Part shown: positions 30,731 through 40,604 of the stretch, in pieces
Layout: each line of letters begins with the position of its first letter
Numbering within the stretch: the first letter of the stretch is position 1
Source of the DNA: Vicinamibacterales bacterium
Lineage (GTDB): Bacteria > Acidobacteriota > Vicinamibacteria > Vicinamibacterales > CAZQMT01
Length of the DNA: 64,000 nt
Assembly (NCBI GenBank): GCA_965197935.1
Contig: CBDAOD010000002.1
Span: forward strand, 1,218,849 to 1,282,848
Direction of reading: 5' to 3'
Program-made: the position numbers and the translations under genes
The notes under the pieces: generated by a model
Seen by the model: the letters and a program-made list of their open reading frames with translations, nothing else
Told to the model about the DNA's origin: nothing
Databases searched by the model: none

Positions 30731-31606
30731 ATGCCGGAGCCGCTGGTCACGCCGGCGTCGTTACCGCCGGAGCTCGGCCGCGCACTCTCCGAGGCCGCCG
30801 GGCGGCTCGATCCCTTTGGCGGCCGGGTCCACTATTTCACCGAGCTCGGGTCGACCAACGATGTCGCTGCGCAGCTGGCGCGGCGCGGTGCCGAGCACGG
30901 CACGACCGTCATCGCGGAGACCCAGACCGCCGGCCGCGGCCGCCACGGTCGGTCGTGGTTTTCGCCACCCGGCGCCGGCCTCTACGTGTCGATCGTCTTC
31001 AAGACCCCGGCGCCTCGCGACGGGACCCTCGATGGCGGGGTGTCGACCGCCTTCGCGCCCAACTTGACGCTGATGGTCGGCGTTGCGCTCACCGAAGCCG
31101 TTCGGCTGGTCTCGGGCCTCCCCGTGGAGATCAAGTGGCCAAACGACCTGGTCATCCAGGATCGCGCCGCCCGCGCGCCGCCCGGCAGCAGCCGCAAGCT
31201 GGCAGGTATCCTCACCGAGGCGTCGGCCGGAGGGCCGACGCCCGATCATGTCATCGTGGGGTTCGGCCTCAACCTCCACACGGCGGCGTTCCCGCCCGAG
31301 CTGGCCGATGTGGCCAGCTCGGTCGAGACGGAGCTGGGGCGGTCCGTCGACGGCGTGACCCTGCTGGTCGAGGCCATGGCGTCCCTGGCAAGCTGGCACG
31401 CGCGCTTTACGGCCGGCGAGCTCGCCCCGATCCTGGATCGGTGGCGTGCGCTGGCTCCCTCGGTGCGGGGCGCGGTGGTGCGGTGGCAGGACGCCGAGGG
31501 CGTCCGCGAGGGCATCACCGACGGACTCGATGGCGATGGCGCCCTGCTGGTCCGTGTCGGAGGCGGAATCGAGCGGATCGTCGGTGGCGAGCTCGTGTGG
31601 ACTTGA
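30731..31606 (+). CDS. birA: Biotin--[acetyl-CoA-carboxylase] ligase (no obvious N-terminal HTH)
   Basis: TQTAGRGRHGRSWFSPPGAGLYVSIV and KWPNDLV motifs. Confidence 0.85.
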   Translation: MPEPLVTPASLPPELGRALSEAAGRLDPFGGRVHYFTELGSTNDVAAQLARRGAEHGTTVIAETQTAGRGRHGRSWFSPPGAGLYVSIVFKTPAPRDGTLDGGVSTAFAPNLTLMVGVALTEAVRLVSGLPVEIKWPNDLVIQDRAARAPPGSSRKLAGILTEASAGGPTPDHVIVGFGLNLHTAAFPPELADVASSVETELGRSVDGVTLLVEAMASLASWHARFTAGELAPILDRWRALAPSVRGAVVRWQDAEGVREGITDGLDGDGALLVRVGGGIERIVGGELVWT

Positions 31607-31666
31607 CGGGCGGCGAGTGACTCGGTGTCGTCGGTTCGGACGCGTCGAGACGAGAGGCGGATAGCC

Positions 31667-32485
31667 ATGTTGCTTGCGGTTGACATCGGCAATACCAACA
31701 TCGTGCTCGGGGTCTTCGCCGGAGAGACGCTGACCGAGAGCTGGCGGCTGGCGACCCACCAAGAGCGAACGGCCGACGAGCTCGGCGTGTTGGTGCTTCA
31801 AATGTTCGAGAACCGTGGCGTCGACACCGGTCAAGTCGACGGCATCATCGTGTGTTCGGTCGTTCCCCCGCTGACGGGCACGGTCATCGAGATGGCGCGA
31901 CGCTACGTTCGGCGGGACGCGCTGTTGATCGAGTCAGGGGACCAGATCGGAATGCCGATCCTCTACGAGAACCCCGCGGAGGTGGGAACCGACCGGTTGA
32001 TCAACGGCGTGGCGGCGTTCGAGCGGCACGGTCGGCCGCGCAACGCTGCCGTCATCGTGGTGGATTTCGGGACCGCCACCACGTTCGACGCGATCTCGCG
32101 GAAAGGTGACTATCTAGGAGGCGTGATCTGCCCCGGAATTCAGATCTCGGCGGACGCGCTGTTCCAGCGGGCTGCCCGTCTCTCGCGAGTCGATATTCGG
32201 CGTCCCCCGGAGGTCGTCGGTCGAACGACGGTCAGCTCGATGCAGTCCGGGCTCTACTTCGGTCAGGTCGCGATGGTCGAGGGCCTCGTGCAGCGCATGC
32301 GACGGGAGCTGGCGCGCGATGATGGAACCTCCCCGCCGGCGCCCCCGGCGGCGTGTATCGCGACGGGAGGCATGGCCACGCTGATTGCCGCCGAGGCGAA
32401 GGTGCTCGAGGAGGTCGATGTCGACCTCACGCTGCACGGCCTGCGAATCGTCTGGGAACGCAATCTGCCCGGGGCCTCGCGGTGA
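31667..32485 (+). CDS. coaX: Type III pantothenate kinase
   Basis: MLLAVDIGNTNIVLGVF ... VVDFGTATTFDAIS ... GGVICPG. The ATG at 31667 is preferred over the GTG at 31625. Confidence 0.88.
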   Translation: MLLAVDIGNTNIVLGVFAGETLTESWRLATHQERTADELGVLVLQMFENRGVDTGQVDGIIVCSVVPPLTGTVIEMARRYVRRDALLIESGDQIGMPILYENPAEVGTDRLINGVAAFERHGRPRNAAVIVVDFGTATTFDAISRKGDYLGGVICPGIQISADALFQRAARLSRVDIRRPPEVVGRTTVSSMQSGLYFGQVAMVEGLVQRMRRELARDDGTSPPAPPAACIATGGMATLIAAEAKVLEEVDVDLTLHGLRIVWERNLPGASR

Positions 32486-32486
32486 C

Positions 32487-33203
32487 ATGGATCCGGCTCA
32501 TTATTGCAGAGAGCTCGAAACGCACCTGTGCCGGAAGAACGACGGCCACCTGATACGGATTGCGGGTCCGGCGTTCGAGCAGGTGTGCGGCTGGGCGGCG
32601 CGCGGGGTGCCGCTCAAGATTGCGTTCCGGGGCATCGACCGGTACTTCGAGCGCTACTACGCCCGCGGCCCGCGGCGGCGTCCCGTCCGGATCGAGTTCT
32701 GTGAGGCGGACGTGCTGGAGGCCTTCGACGCCTGGCGTCGGGCGGTGGGCGTCTCGGCGAGCGACGCCGAGTCCGCGGGGGGCGGCACCGCGGCTCCGCC
32801 CGTCTCGCCTCGCCGGCCGGCCGGCCTGCCTGGTCATCTCGATCGGCTGATTGCCCGTCTGACGATGCGGCGCCCGGGTCCTCTCGCCCATCCCGACCTC
32901 GACGCGCGGATCGGTCGAGTGGTTCAGGAGCTGGACGGGCTGCGGGCGGTCGCGCGACGGGCGCGTGGCGAGAAGCGACGGCAGCTCGTCGAGCATCTGT
33001 CGGCTCTCGATGACGAGCTGCTGCATGCCATTAGAGACGCGGCCGGAGAGGAGACGCGTGCAGCCGTCCGTGCGGAGGCGGCGCTCGAGCTCGAGCCGTT
33101 CCGCATGCGGATGCCGGAGGAGGCGTTTCGGCGCTCGCTCGACGCCTGCTGCGCCCGGCTGCTCCGGGACCGGTTCGCGCTGCCGCTGGTGTCGCCGGAG
33201 TGA
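32487..33203 (+). CDS. Hypothetical protein
   Basis: ATG at 32487, one nt after the coaX stop. MDPAHYCRELETHLCRKNDGHLIRIAGPAFEQVCGWAARGVPLKIAFRGIDRYFERYY... No family recognised. Confidence 0.55.
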   Translation: MDPAHYCRELETHLCRKNDGHLIRIAGPAFEQVCGWAARGVPLKIAFRGIDRYFERYYARGPRRRPVRIEFCEADVLEAFDAWRRAVGVSASDAESAGGGTAAPPVSPRRPAGLPGHLDRLIARLTMRRPGPLAHPDLDARIGRVVQELDGLRAVARRARGEKRRQLVEHLSALDDELLHAIRDAAGEETRAAVRAEAALELEPFRMRMPEEAFRRSLDACCARLLRDRFALPLVSPE

Positions 33204-33290
33204 CACGGGCACCGGCACCGCGTCGAGGCACGCGCACGGGGTGGCAGCGGCGCCGAAAACCCACGCGGACGACTGGAGCGAAGCACGAGA

Positions 33291-34631
33291 GTGACCGGCA
33301 CGGTGCTGGCGCCCGGCGTTCGGGTCACCCTTCGGGTCGAGAAACCCGCCGTCGGCGGACGGATGATTGCGCGTCCGGACGACGCCGGTGGCCCGGTGAT
33401 TCTGGTTCGGGGGGCGATTCCGGGCGAGCGCGTGGTCGCCCTGATCGACCGCATCGCCAGGGGAGCGGTCTACGGCCGTGTGCTCGAGGTGCTGGACGCG
33501 GACCCCGCGCGCCGCGCGGTGGCGGGCGACCCGGCCTGCGGCGGCGCCGTCTACGCCCACATCGACTACCCGAGGCAGCTCGAGCTGAAGGGCCGGATCG
33601 TCGCCGACGCGCTGTATCGGATCGGCAAGCTGCGGCTCGATGCACCCGTGCCGGTGATGGCGTCCCGGGAGGTCGGCTACCGCATGCGGGCGCGGCTACA
33701 CGTCCGCGCCGGCCGGATCGGATTCCTGAGGGAGGGTACCCACGAGCTGTGCGGCTTCACGACGACGGGGCAGCTCTTGCCCGAAACCCTGGAGGTACTC
33801 GAGCGGCTCGCCGCCGAACTGCGTTCGCGCCGGCTCCCGGACGTGATCGCCGTCGAGCTTGCGGAGAACCTGCTGCCCGACGAGCGGGTGCTGCACCTGG
33901 AGCACCGGTCTCCGCCGCGCGCCCGTGCGCTGGCGGGCTTGCGCGAGGCGGTGGGGGTTTCCGGGCTGACGTGGGGAAGTCGGGGCCGCGGCCGGTCCGG
34001 GGACGGCGTTCCCCACGTGACGGATCCCCTCGAGGTCCTGGCCGTCGATGCCGATCCCGTCTGGCGGGGGTTGGGCGTGCGCCGGCACGTACGCTCGTTC
34101 TTCCAGGGCAACCGCCATCTCGCGGGGCGGCTCGTGGCGGGCGTCGTCGGTCGCGCCGCGGGTGACGAGGTGATCGATCTCTACGCCGGCGTCGGGTTGT
34201 TCGCGGCGGCGGTGGCGGCGACCGCGGGTGCGCGCGTGATTGCCGTCGAACGGCACGCCTGGTGTGGCGCCGATCTGGAGGCCAATCTCGCTCCCTTCGG
34301 AGGCGCGGCCGAGGTGGAGCACCGCAGCGTCGAGCAGTTTCTCCGCTCGCGACCCGGCGTCGTGGGCAGCTGCATGATTCTGGATCCGCCGCGTGTCGGC
34401 CTCTCTCGCGAGGTCCTGGATCGCCTCGGAGCGCAGGGCTCGGCCCGGCTCGTCTATGTGTCCTGCGACGTGGCGACGCTGGCCCGTGACCTCCGGGGAC
34501 TGCTCGACGCCGCCTACCGGTTGGATGATCTCGAAGCCTTCGATCTGTACCCGAATACGGCCCACGTCGAGGTGGTGGCCACGCTCACGCGTGTGACGTC
34601 ACGTTCACGTCGCGGGTCGGACTCCGGGTAG
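33291..34631 (+). CDS. Class I SAM-dependent RNA methyltransferase (RumA/TrmA family, TRAM-like N-terminus)
   Basis: N-terminal beta-barrel part (VRVTLRVEKPAVGGRMIAR...VRGAIPGERV), SAM-binding DLYAGVGLFA, ILDPPRVGL and YVSCDVATLARD. Confidence 0.8.
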   Translation: MTGTVLAPGVRVTLRVEKPAVGGRMIARPDDAGGPVILVRGAIPGERVVALIDRIARGAVYGRVLEVLDADPARRAVAGDPACGGAVYAHIDYPRQLELKGRIVADALYRIGKLRLDAPVPVMASREVGYRMRARLHVRAGRIGFLREGTHELCGFTTTGQLLPETLEVLERLAAELRSRRLPDVIAVELAENLLPDERVLHLEHRSPPRARALAGLREAVGVSGLTWGSRGRGRSGDGVPHVTDPLEVLAVDADPVWRGLGVRRHVRSFFQGNRHLAGRLVAGVVGRAAGDEVIDLYAGVGLFAAAVAATAGARVIAVERHAWCGADLEANLAPFGGAAEVEHRSVEQFLRSRPGVVGSCMILDPPRVGLSREVLDRLGAQGSARLVYVSCDVATLARDLRGLLDAAYRLDDLEAFDLYPNTAHVEVVATLTRVTSRSRRGSDSG

Positions 34632-34760
34632 CGGCGATCGTCGTCCCACCGCCACCTCCGCAGCCTGCATCGCCGCGCTCGCCCTGAGCAGGGCCCAGCA
34701 GAAGCCGATGAGCGCGAGTCCCGCGCTGCCGCAAGTGACGCCCAGCAATAGGTAGGTCAC
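34605..34760 (-). CDS. Candidate small membrane protein (51 aa)
   Basis: GGAGGAG Shine-Dalgarno 4 nt upstream of the GTG at 34760. Encodes VTYLLLGVTCGSAGLALIGFCWALLRASAAMQAAEVAVGRRSPLPGVRPAT. Lies downstream of argS on the same strand and overlaps the 3' end of the convergent methyltransferase gene by 27 nt. Below the ORF-track size cutoff. Confidence 0.25.
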   Translation of the reverse strand: MTYLLLGVTCGSAGLALIGFCWALLRASAAMQAAEVAVGRRSPLPGVRPAT

Positions 34761-34862
34761 GGCTCTCCTCCAGTTGATGGTCCGTTCGTGTTATCGGCAC
34801 GAGCGGCAGCAGCCTGCACGGTATTTCGTGCGCCTGCGGTTCGGGACCAGTGGGGAGGGACG

Positions 34863-36911
34863 TCACATTCTCGGGGGGACCTCGAAGCCCATCAGCGTGA
34901 CCGCCCGTGTCAGCTGGGCCTTGCAGTAGCTGACGGTCGCCGCGCGCCACAGCCTGATCTCCGGCCGCGGCTCGTTGAGGATCGGAAAACGGTGGTAGAA
35001 GCCATTGAAGCGTTGCGCCACGCCGAAGGCGTATTTGGCGAGCACGGAGAGCTCGAGCGTGCGGACGGCCTGGTCGACGACCTCATCGAGTCGGGCGGCT
35101 TCGAGCACCAGACTCCAGATCTCGTCGCCCTCGGCCCCGGCGGTCAGGGCCGAGGGTGGAAGCTCGGCCAGCGGGCCCACCATGTCGGCTTCCTCCTGCC
35201 CTTCGCGCTGGCGCAGCTTCTGGAAGATGTTGTTGGCCCGAACCACTGCGTACTGCAGGTAGGGACCGCTTTCGCCCTCGAAGGCGAGGGCCTCGTCGAT
35301 GTCGAAGGCGATGATCCGGCCCCGCGAAAACTTGATCATGAAATACCGCACGGCGGCCGTGGCGATCATCTCGGCGATCCGCCGGCACTCCTCGGAGGAC
35401 AGATCCGTGTTGCGGGTCTCGACTTCCAGCCGCGCTTTCTCGAGGAGCCGATCGAGCAGGTCGTCCGCCTTGACGCCAACGCCCTTTCGACCGGAGACCT
35501 CGACGAACGGTCGCGCCGGGTCCGCGGATGCGACACCCAACTCGCGCGCCGTGGCGTGCGACAGGGCGACCATCTCGTAGGAGAAGTGGATCGAGCGGCG
35601 CGCTTGCTCCACGTGCCCCATCGACACGAGGGCCTGCTGCAGGAGCTTCTGGAGGTAGGCCTGTCGGGTATCGATCACGTTGTAGGTTCGAGAGGCCATC
35701 CCGAAGCGGGGGGCGGCCGGCGCGTCGCCCGTCGGTGCGGCCGGCGGATCGGCCGACGTGGACCAGAGCCGCGGGCCGCCGGGCGGTGCGTCCAGCGGTC
35801 GATAATGGAAATCCTTGCCGAGCAACCCTAACTTCCAGAATTGGTAGGCGATGTCCTTGCCCACGTAGGTGACCGTCCCGTCAGACCGGACGATGACCTT
35901 CTCTCGCGCCTCGTCCGATGCATCACCACCCGCCTCGGCCGGCGGCGTCGCCTCGTCGCGCCCGTCGGCGGTCTCCCGGTCCCCGTCGGTTTCGTCGATA
36001 CGCATGACCCAGCAGCCCGCCAGCGGGCCGCGGGCTTGCTTGAAGATGGCCCCGGAACGCTTGAGGAGGTCGAAGGCCTGCGCCCAGAATTCGAGACGGA
36101 GGATGTCGCCTTCCCAGGCGACGAGGTCGTAGGTCACGTTGATGCGTGCCATCGTCTGGAGGTGGCATCTCACGACGCGATCGGCGATGAAGCGCGCCAT
36201 CGCGGCGACGGCGTTGTCGCCACGTTCGAGCTCGTGTAGCGTGCTGGCACGTTGCTGGAGCCGATCCGGCTGCTGCTCGTACCAGTCCGTGACGCGCGCA
36301 TAGAGATCCCAGCAGTAGTAGTCGAAGCGGGTCGTGTCGGCGACCCGCTGGACCCCCGCCAGGTCGCGCGTTTCGAGCTCGAGAAACCCGAGCACTACGT
36401 CGGCCACCTGCACGCCCGTGTCGTCGATGTAGTTCTGGACCTCGACCCGATTCCCCTGGTACCGCAGCAGACGGACGAGCGTGTCGCCGAGGGCCGCGTT
36501 ACGAAGGTGTCCGATATGGGCGGCCTTGTTGGGATTGATGGCCGTGTGCTCGACAATCGTCTTCGCCGGGGTCGGAGTCGTGGTTCCCGCCGCAGGGGCA
36601 GTCGCCAGTCCCAGGCGCAAGAACGATCCGCGGTCGAGGTAGAAGTTGACGTAGCCGTTCGCGGCCGCCTCGACCCGCTGGATTCCCTCGATCGGCTCCA
36701 GCGCACCCGCGATCTCCTGGGCGATGACACGCGGAGGCTTCCTGAGGCGGCGAGCGAGCTCGAACGCCAGCGGGACGGCGAGATCGCCGAGTGCGCGGTT
36801 CGGGGGACACTCGACCACGATGGCGGGAAGATCCGTGGCGTCGAGCCCGTGGGCGTGCACCACGGCGCGAACGATGGCCGTACGCAGGCGCGCGTGCAGG
36901 GGGAGGATCAT
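34863..36911 (-). CDS. argS: Arginine--tRNA ligase (long form with acidic insertion)
   Basis: HIGHLRNAALGD class I motif, N-terminal Arg-tRNA-binding domain and DALR anticodon-binding C-terminus (...RFNGFYHRFPILN). Start is 36911 (MILPLH) or 36959. Confidence 0.9.
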   Translation of the reverse strand: MILPLHARLRTAIVRAVVHAHGLDATDLPAIVVECPPNRALGDLAVPLAFELARRLRKPPRVIAQEIAGALEPIEGIQRVEAAANGYVNFYLDRGSFLRLGLATAPAAGTTTPTPAKTIVEHTAINPNKAAHIGHLRNAALGDTLVRLLRYQGNRVEVQNYIDDTGVQVADVVLGFLELETRDLAGVQRVADTTRFDYYCWDLYARVTDWYEQQPDRLQQRASTLHELERGDNAVAAMARFIADRVVRCHLQTMARINVTYDLVAWEGDILRLEFWAQAFDLLKRSGAIFKQARGPLAGCWVMRIDETDGDRETADGRDEATPPAEAGGDASDEAREKVIVRSDGTVTYVGKDIAYQFWKLGLLGKDFHYRPLDAPPGGPRLWSTSADPPAAPTGDAPAAPRFGMASRTYNVIDTRQAYLQKLLQQALVSMGHVEQARRSIHFSYEMVALSHATARELGVASADPARPFVEVSGRKGVGVKADDLLDRLLEKARLEVETRNTDLSSEECRRIAEMIATAAVRYFMIKFSRGRIIAFDIDEALAFEGESGPYLQYAVVRANNIFQKLRQREGQEEADMVGPLAELPPSALTAGAEGDEIWSLVLEAARLDEVVDQAVRTLELSVLAKYAFGVAQRFNGFYHRFPILNEPRPEIRLWRAATVSYCKAQLTRAVTLMGFEVPPRM

Positions 36912-36974
36912 GCTCTCATGGTCATCCCGCGCGGGCTTGCGATCGGCCGGGTCGCGCAACGGGATCGATTTGAC

Positions 36975-37595
36975 TCATCCATCGGGCTGTTCTACGCTGC
37001 TCTCATCGAGTAGCCGAGCGACCGATGTGGCGCGCTCGTAGTCGTGCGGCGTGTTCACGTTCATTAGGATCGCGCCCAGCGGATCGTATCTGGCAATCTC
37101 GTCAGGCCCGACCTCGCACACCTCGATTTCAGACAGCAGCGCCGTGGCCATGAGGGTGCCCGCGGCGATTCGCCGATGAATCGCGCGCGCGCACCTGCGC
37201 GAGTACACGGCGCAGAACGGATGATACCCCGCGCCGGTTCTGGGCACGACCGCGTCGGCATCGCGTCCCGAGGCCAGGAGATGCCGCAGGAATGCTACGC
37301 TGAGGAACGGCATGTCGCAGGCGACCACCAGGACCCGGTCGCGGGCCGCCTCGAGGATCGCCGTGTACAGCCCCCCGAGCGCTCCAGCGTCAGGGATGCG
37401 GTCGGCGAGCACCTCGAGACCGGTCCTCGTGTAGCGCCGGGGATCGTCTGCGACGATGAACGGCGGGCCGCTGACAGCGTGGAGAACGCGAATCGCCCGG
37501 TCGATGATGGGGAGGCCGCCGACGGGCAGCTCGGCCTTCTCCACGCCTCCGAGGCGCCGGGCGTGCCCCCCGGCCAGGATCGCGGCGGTGTGCAT
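36975..37595 (-). CDS. mobA: Molybdenum cofactor guanylyltransferase
   Basis: ATG at 37595. MHTAAILAGGHARRLGGVEKAELPVGGLPIIDR ... VVACDMPFL. Confidence 0.82.
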   Translation of the reverse strand: MHTAAILAGGHARRLGGVEKAELPVGGLPIIDRAIRVLHAVSGPPFIVADDPRRYTRTGLEVLADRIPDAGALGGLYTAILEAARDRVLVVACDMPFLSVAFLRHLLASGRDADAVVPRTGAGYHPFCAVYSRRCARAIHRRIAAGTLMATALLSEIEVCEVGPDEIARYDPLGAILMNVNTPHDYERATSVARLLDESSVEQPDG

Positions 37596-37640
37596 CGGCT
37601 CTCTCACGCGCCGCCAGAGCGTGCGTAACCTTATCAGAAA

Positions 37641-38242
37641 ATGGGAAGAGCGAAAATCGGGCGGCTGCTCGTGGCGAGTCTCCATCAGGCCATCGCCGAC
37701 CTGCTGCCCCTGCGTCTCGAGTTCTACGAGAACTGGCTGCATCCCGCGGGCTTGCGTGAGGGCACGATCGGGCGCAGGTGCTGGCCATCCTGAGCTTCCT
37801 TCGCGAGGAGGGGACGGCGTACGGGCTGGTCACGAGCCGGGCGGGCGAGCACGCGGCGGACAATCTGGTCGATGAGCTCTCCGGCGCCACCCGCTCCCTG
37901 ACCCGGGCGCTACCCCGGCCGTTGCGCGTCCGGGCCGCGCTGCGATTGGCGCGTCGTCTGGTTCGGCGGGCCGACAGCCAGAGCCGCGCCGTGACACGCA
38001 TGCGCCGCGGCGCCGAATCGCTGGAGGTGCGTCGTTCGCCCTTCTGTGCCGTGCGCGAGCCGGCGACCCAGCCCTTGTGCGTCTTCTATGCCGCTGCGCT
38101 CGGTCGTCTACTGGACTCGTTCGACGTCGGCGCCGACACCCGGGTGGGCGGCTGCCGCGCCAGGGGGGACGCGGCCTGTCTCGTGGTGGCCACAGTCATA
38201 CCGGCTGTCGCGCGTCCCGCGGATACCTTGGAGTCGGCGTAA
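37641..38242 (+). pseudogene. V4R-domain (hydrocarbon-binding-like) protein, apparently split by a frameshift near 37760-37790
   Basis: Frame 1 (ATG 37641) reads MGRAKIGRLLVASLHQAIADLLPLRLEFYENWLHPAGLREGTIG and stops at 37791. Another frame opens after 37759 and continues (AQV)LAILSFLREEGTAYGLV...SPFCAVREPATQPLCVFYAAALGRLLDSF...GGCRARGDAACLVV, the Cys pattern of a V4R domain. It could alternatively be two overlapping ORFs, or a sequencing error. Confidence 0.45.
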
Positions 38243-38287
38243 ATCGTGTTGCGTTGACACTGCGCTGGGGCTCGACTACCGTCAAGG

Positions 38288-39682
38288 ATGAGCATGGGGA
38301 TCAAGGTCACGCGGGCGTGGCGGCGGGCCGCCGGTCTGGCGGCGGTGTCGGGCGGCTGCCTGAGCATGGCGGTCTCGGCCTGGCAGGACGTGCCGGCGGT
38401 CCCCTCCACCGGGGCGCCGGTCGTGTTCTCGGCGGAGGTCGAGTCGATCATCCATCCGGTCTCGGCCGAGTTCATGGTGCAGACGCTGGAGCGGGCCGAC
38501 GCCTCGGATGCCGAGCTGGTGGTCTTCACGCTGCGGACGCCGGGCGGCCTGGTCGATTCCACCCGTTCGATCAATACGCGGATGATCGCAGCCCGGACCC
38601 CGGTCGCCGTCTACGTGGGACCGAGCGGCGCGCGGGCCGCCTCGGCCGGCTTCCTCGTGACGCTCGCCGCGGACGTCGCGGCGATGGCGCCGGGCACCCA
38701 CATCGGCGCGGCGCACCCGGTGTCCGGTGACGGCCAGAAGATGGACGAGACCATGGCGCAGAAGGCCGCCTCGGACGTGGCGGCCTACGCGCGGTCGCTG
38801 GCGAGCAAGCGGGGCCGGAACGTGACGCTAGCCGAGGAGGCGGTGACCGAGAGTCGGTCCTTCACCGAGGAGGAGGCGCTCGGCGCGGATCCGCCGCTGA
38901 TCGACGTGATTGCGACCGACCTCGACGACCTGCTGGACAAGCTCCATGCCCGGGAGGTCCGCCGCTTCGACGGCGAGACGGTGGTGCTCCGCACCCGTGG
39001 GGCCACCATCGAGACCGTGACGATGAACTGGCGCCAGCGGATCCTGAGCGCCATCGCGCATCCGCAGATCGCCTACCTGCTCTTCAGTCTCGGCACGCTG
39101 GGCCTGACGATCGAGTTGTGGAATCCTGGCGGGATCGTGCCAGGCGTGGTGGGCGGACTGTGCCTGCTCCTCGCCTTCTTCGCCTTTCAAATCCTGCCGG
39201 TGAACTACGTGGGGCTGCTGCTGATCGCGCTCGGCCTCGGGCTGTTCGTGATGGAGCTGCAGGTGCCGGGCTTCGGCCTGTTGGCCACCGGTGGGATCGT
39301 GAGCCTGGTCTTCGGCTCCCTGATGCTGTTCGACTCGCCGATCCCCGAGCTCCGGGTCGGGATGCAGCTGGTCTTGCCGGTGACGCTCGCCCTCGGGTCG
39401 ATCTTCTTCTTTCTCGCCCGGCTGGCGCTGCGTGCCCATCGGCGTCGCGCCGTGACCGGGTCGGCGGGCATGATCGGCCAGGGCGGCCGAGTGCTCGCCC
39501 GAATCGCGCCCGGCAGGATGGGGCGGGTCTCCACGCACGGCGAGATCTGGACGGCCGCGGCCGACGAGCCGATAGACGTGGGAGACTCGATCCTGGTGGT
39601 AGGAATGCAGGGCCTGACGCTCAAGGTGCGCCAGGCGAGCCTCGCATCGGATGCGGGGCCCGCCGGGCAGGGAGAATCATGA
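38288..39682 (+). CDS. NfeD family membrane-bound ClpP-class serine protease
   Basis: Signal/TM segment, ClpP-like domain ([18 protein letters not shown]...[14 protein letters not shown]), a multi-TM block and a C-terminal NfeD OB domain ([28 protein letters not shown]). Confidence 0.85.
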   Translation: MSMGIKVTRAWRRAAGLAAVSGGCLSMAVSAWQDVPAVPSTGAPVVFSAEVESIIHPVSAEFMVQTLERADASDAELVVFTLRTPGGLVDSTRSINTRMIAARTPVAVYVGPSGARAASAGFLVTLAADVAAMAPGTHIGAAHPVSGDGQKMDETMAQKAASDVAAYARSLASKRGRNVTLAEEAVTESRSFTEEEALGADPPLIDVIATDLDDLLDKLHAREVRRFDGETVVLRTRGATIETVTMNWRQRILSAIAHPQIAYLLFSLGTLGLTIELWNPGGIVPGVVGGLCLLLAFFAFQILPVNYVGLLLIALGLGLFVMELQVPGFGLLATGGIVSLVFGSLMLFDSPIPELRVGMQLVLPVTLALGSIFFFLARLALRAHRRRAVTGSAGMIGQGGRVLARIAPGRMGRVSTHGEIWTAAADEPIDVGDSILVVGMQGLTLKVRQASLASDAGPAGQGES

Positions 39683-40455
39683 TGGAAGGCGCGCCGCTGA
39701 TGTTCGGTGTCATCATCCTGGTCTACCTGATTAGTTCGGTGAAGATTCTGGCCGAGTACGAGCGTGGCGTGATCTTCCGGCTCGGCAAGTTGCTCGATCA
39801 TTCCAAGGGACCGGGCGTGATTCTGGTGTTCGCCCCGATCGACCGGATCGTGCGGGTGAGCCTCCGGACCATCGTCATGGACGTCCCGCCCCAGGACGTC
39901 ATTACCCGCGACAACGTTTCGGTGAAGGTGAACGCCGTCATTTACTTCCGCGTGATGGATCCGCGGCGTGCCATCGTCGAGGTGGAGAACTTCCACTACG
40001 CGACGTCGCAGCTGGCCCAGACGACCCTCCGAAGCGTTCTCGGACAGGTCGAGCTCGATGGGCTGCTCTCCGAACGGGAGCGCCTCAACCAACAGCTCCA
40101 GCAGATCCTGGACCAACACACCGATCCCTGGGGCGTCAAGGTCTCGGCGGTCGAGGTCAAGCATGTCGATCTGCCTCCCGACATGCAGCGGGCGATGGCC
40201 CGGCAGGCAGAGGCGGAGCGCGAGAAGCGTGCTAAAATCATCCATGCGGAAGGTGAGCTCCTGGCTTCCGAGAAGCTCTCGAAGGCCGCGACGGTCATCG
40301 CGGAGGAGCCGGTCACCATCACGCTACGCTACCTACAGACCCTGACCGAGATTGCCTCGGAGAATAGCTCGACCATCGTCTTCCCGTTGCCGATGGAGCT
40401 GATGAATCTGCTCTCGAAGGGTCGGCCGGAAGGCGGCAGGCCAGCCGGGTCCTGA
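39679..40455 (+). CDS. SPFH/band-7 (stomatin-like) protein
   Basis: ATGA overlap with nfe[16 protein letters not shown]...[25 protein letters not shown]...[23 protein letters not shown]. Confidence 0.9.
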   Translation: MMEGAPLMFGVIILVYLISSVKILAEYERGVIFRLGKLLDHSKGPGVILVFAPIDRIVRVSLRTIVMDVPPQDVITRDNVSVKVNAVIYFRVMDPRRAIVEVENFHYATSQLAQTTLRSVLGQVELDGLLSERERLNQQLQQILDQHTDPWGVKVSAVEVKHVDLPPDMQRAMARQAEAEREKRAKIIHAEGELLASEKLSKAATVIAEEPVTITLRYLQTLTEIASENSSTIVFPLPMELMNLLSKGRPEGGRPAGS

Positions 40456-40604
40456 TGCAGCCGTGTCACGTTCCGACACCCCTGCGGCGGCTGACGAACG
40501 TGAGTCAGGCCAACAGGAGAAGCCGGTCGCCTTCGCGGTTTGCGTGGCGGACGTCATGCCGCGCCACAGGACACTGACACGGGAGTACGGAGGGGAGCAC
40601 CAAG

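Noticed and set aside
35900-36010. Acidic low-complexity insertion in ArgRS (…DETDGDRETADGRDEATPPAEAGGDASDEA…) as a foreign insertion
   Set aside because: It is in frame, has no repeat or CTAG boundaries, and long-form ArgRS enzymes with variable insertions are common.
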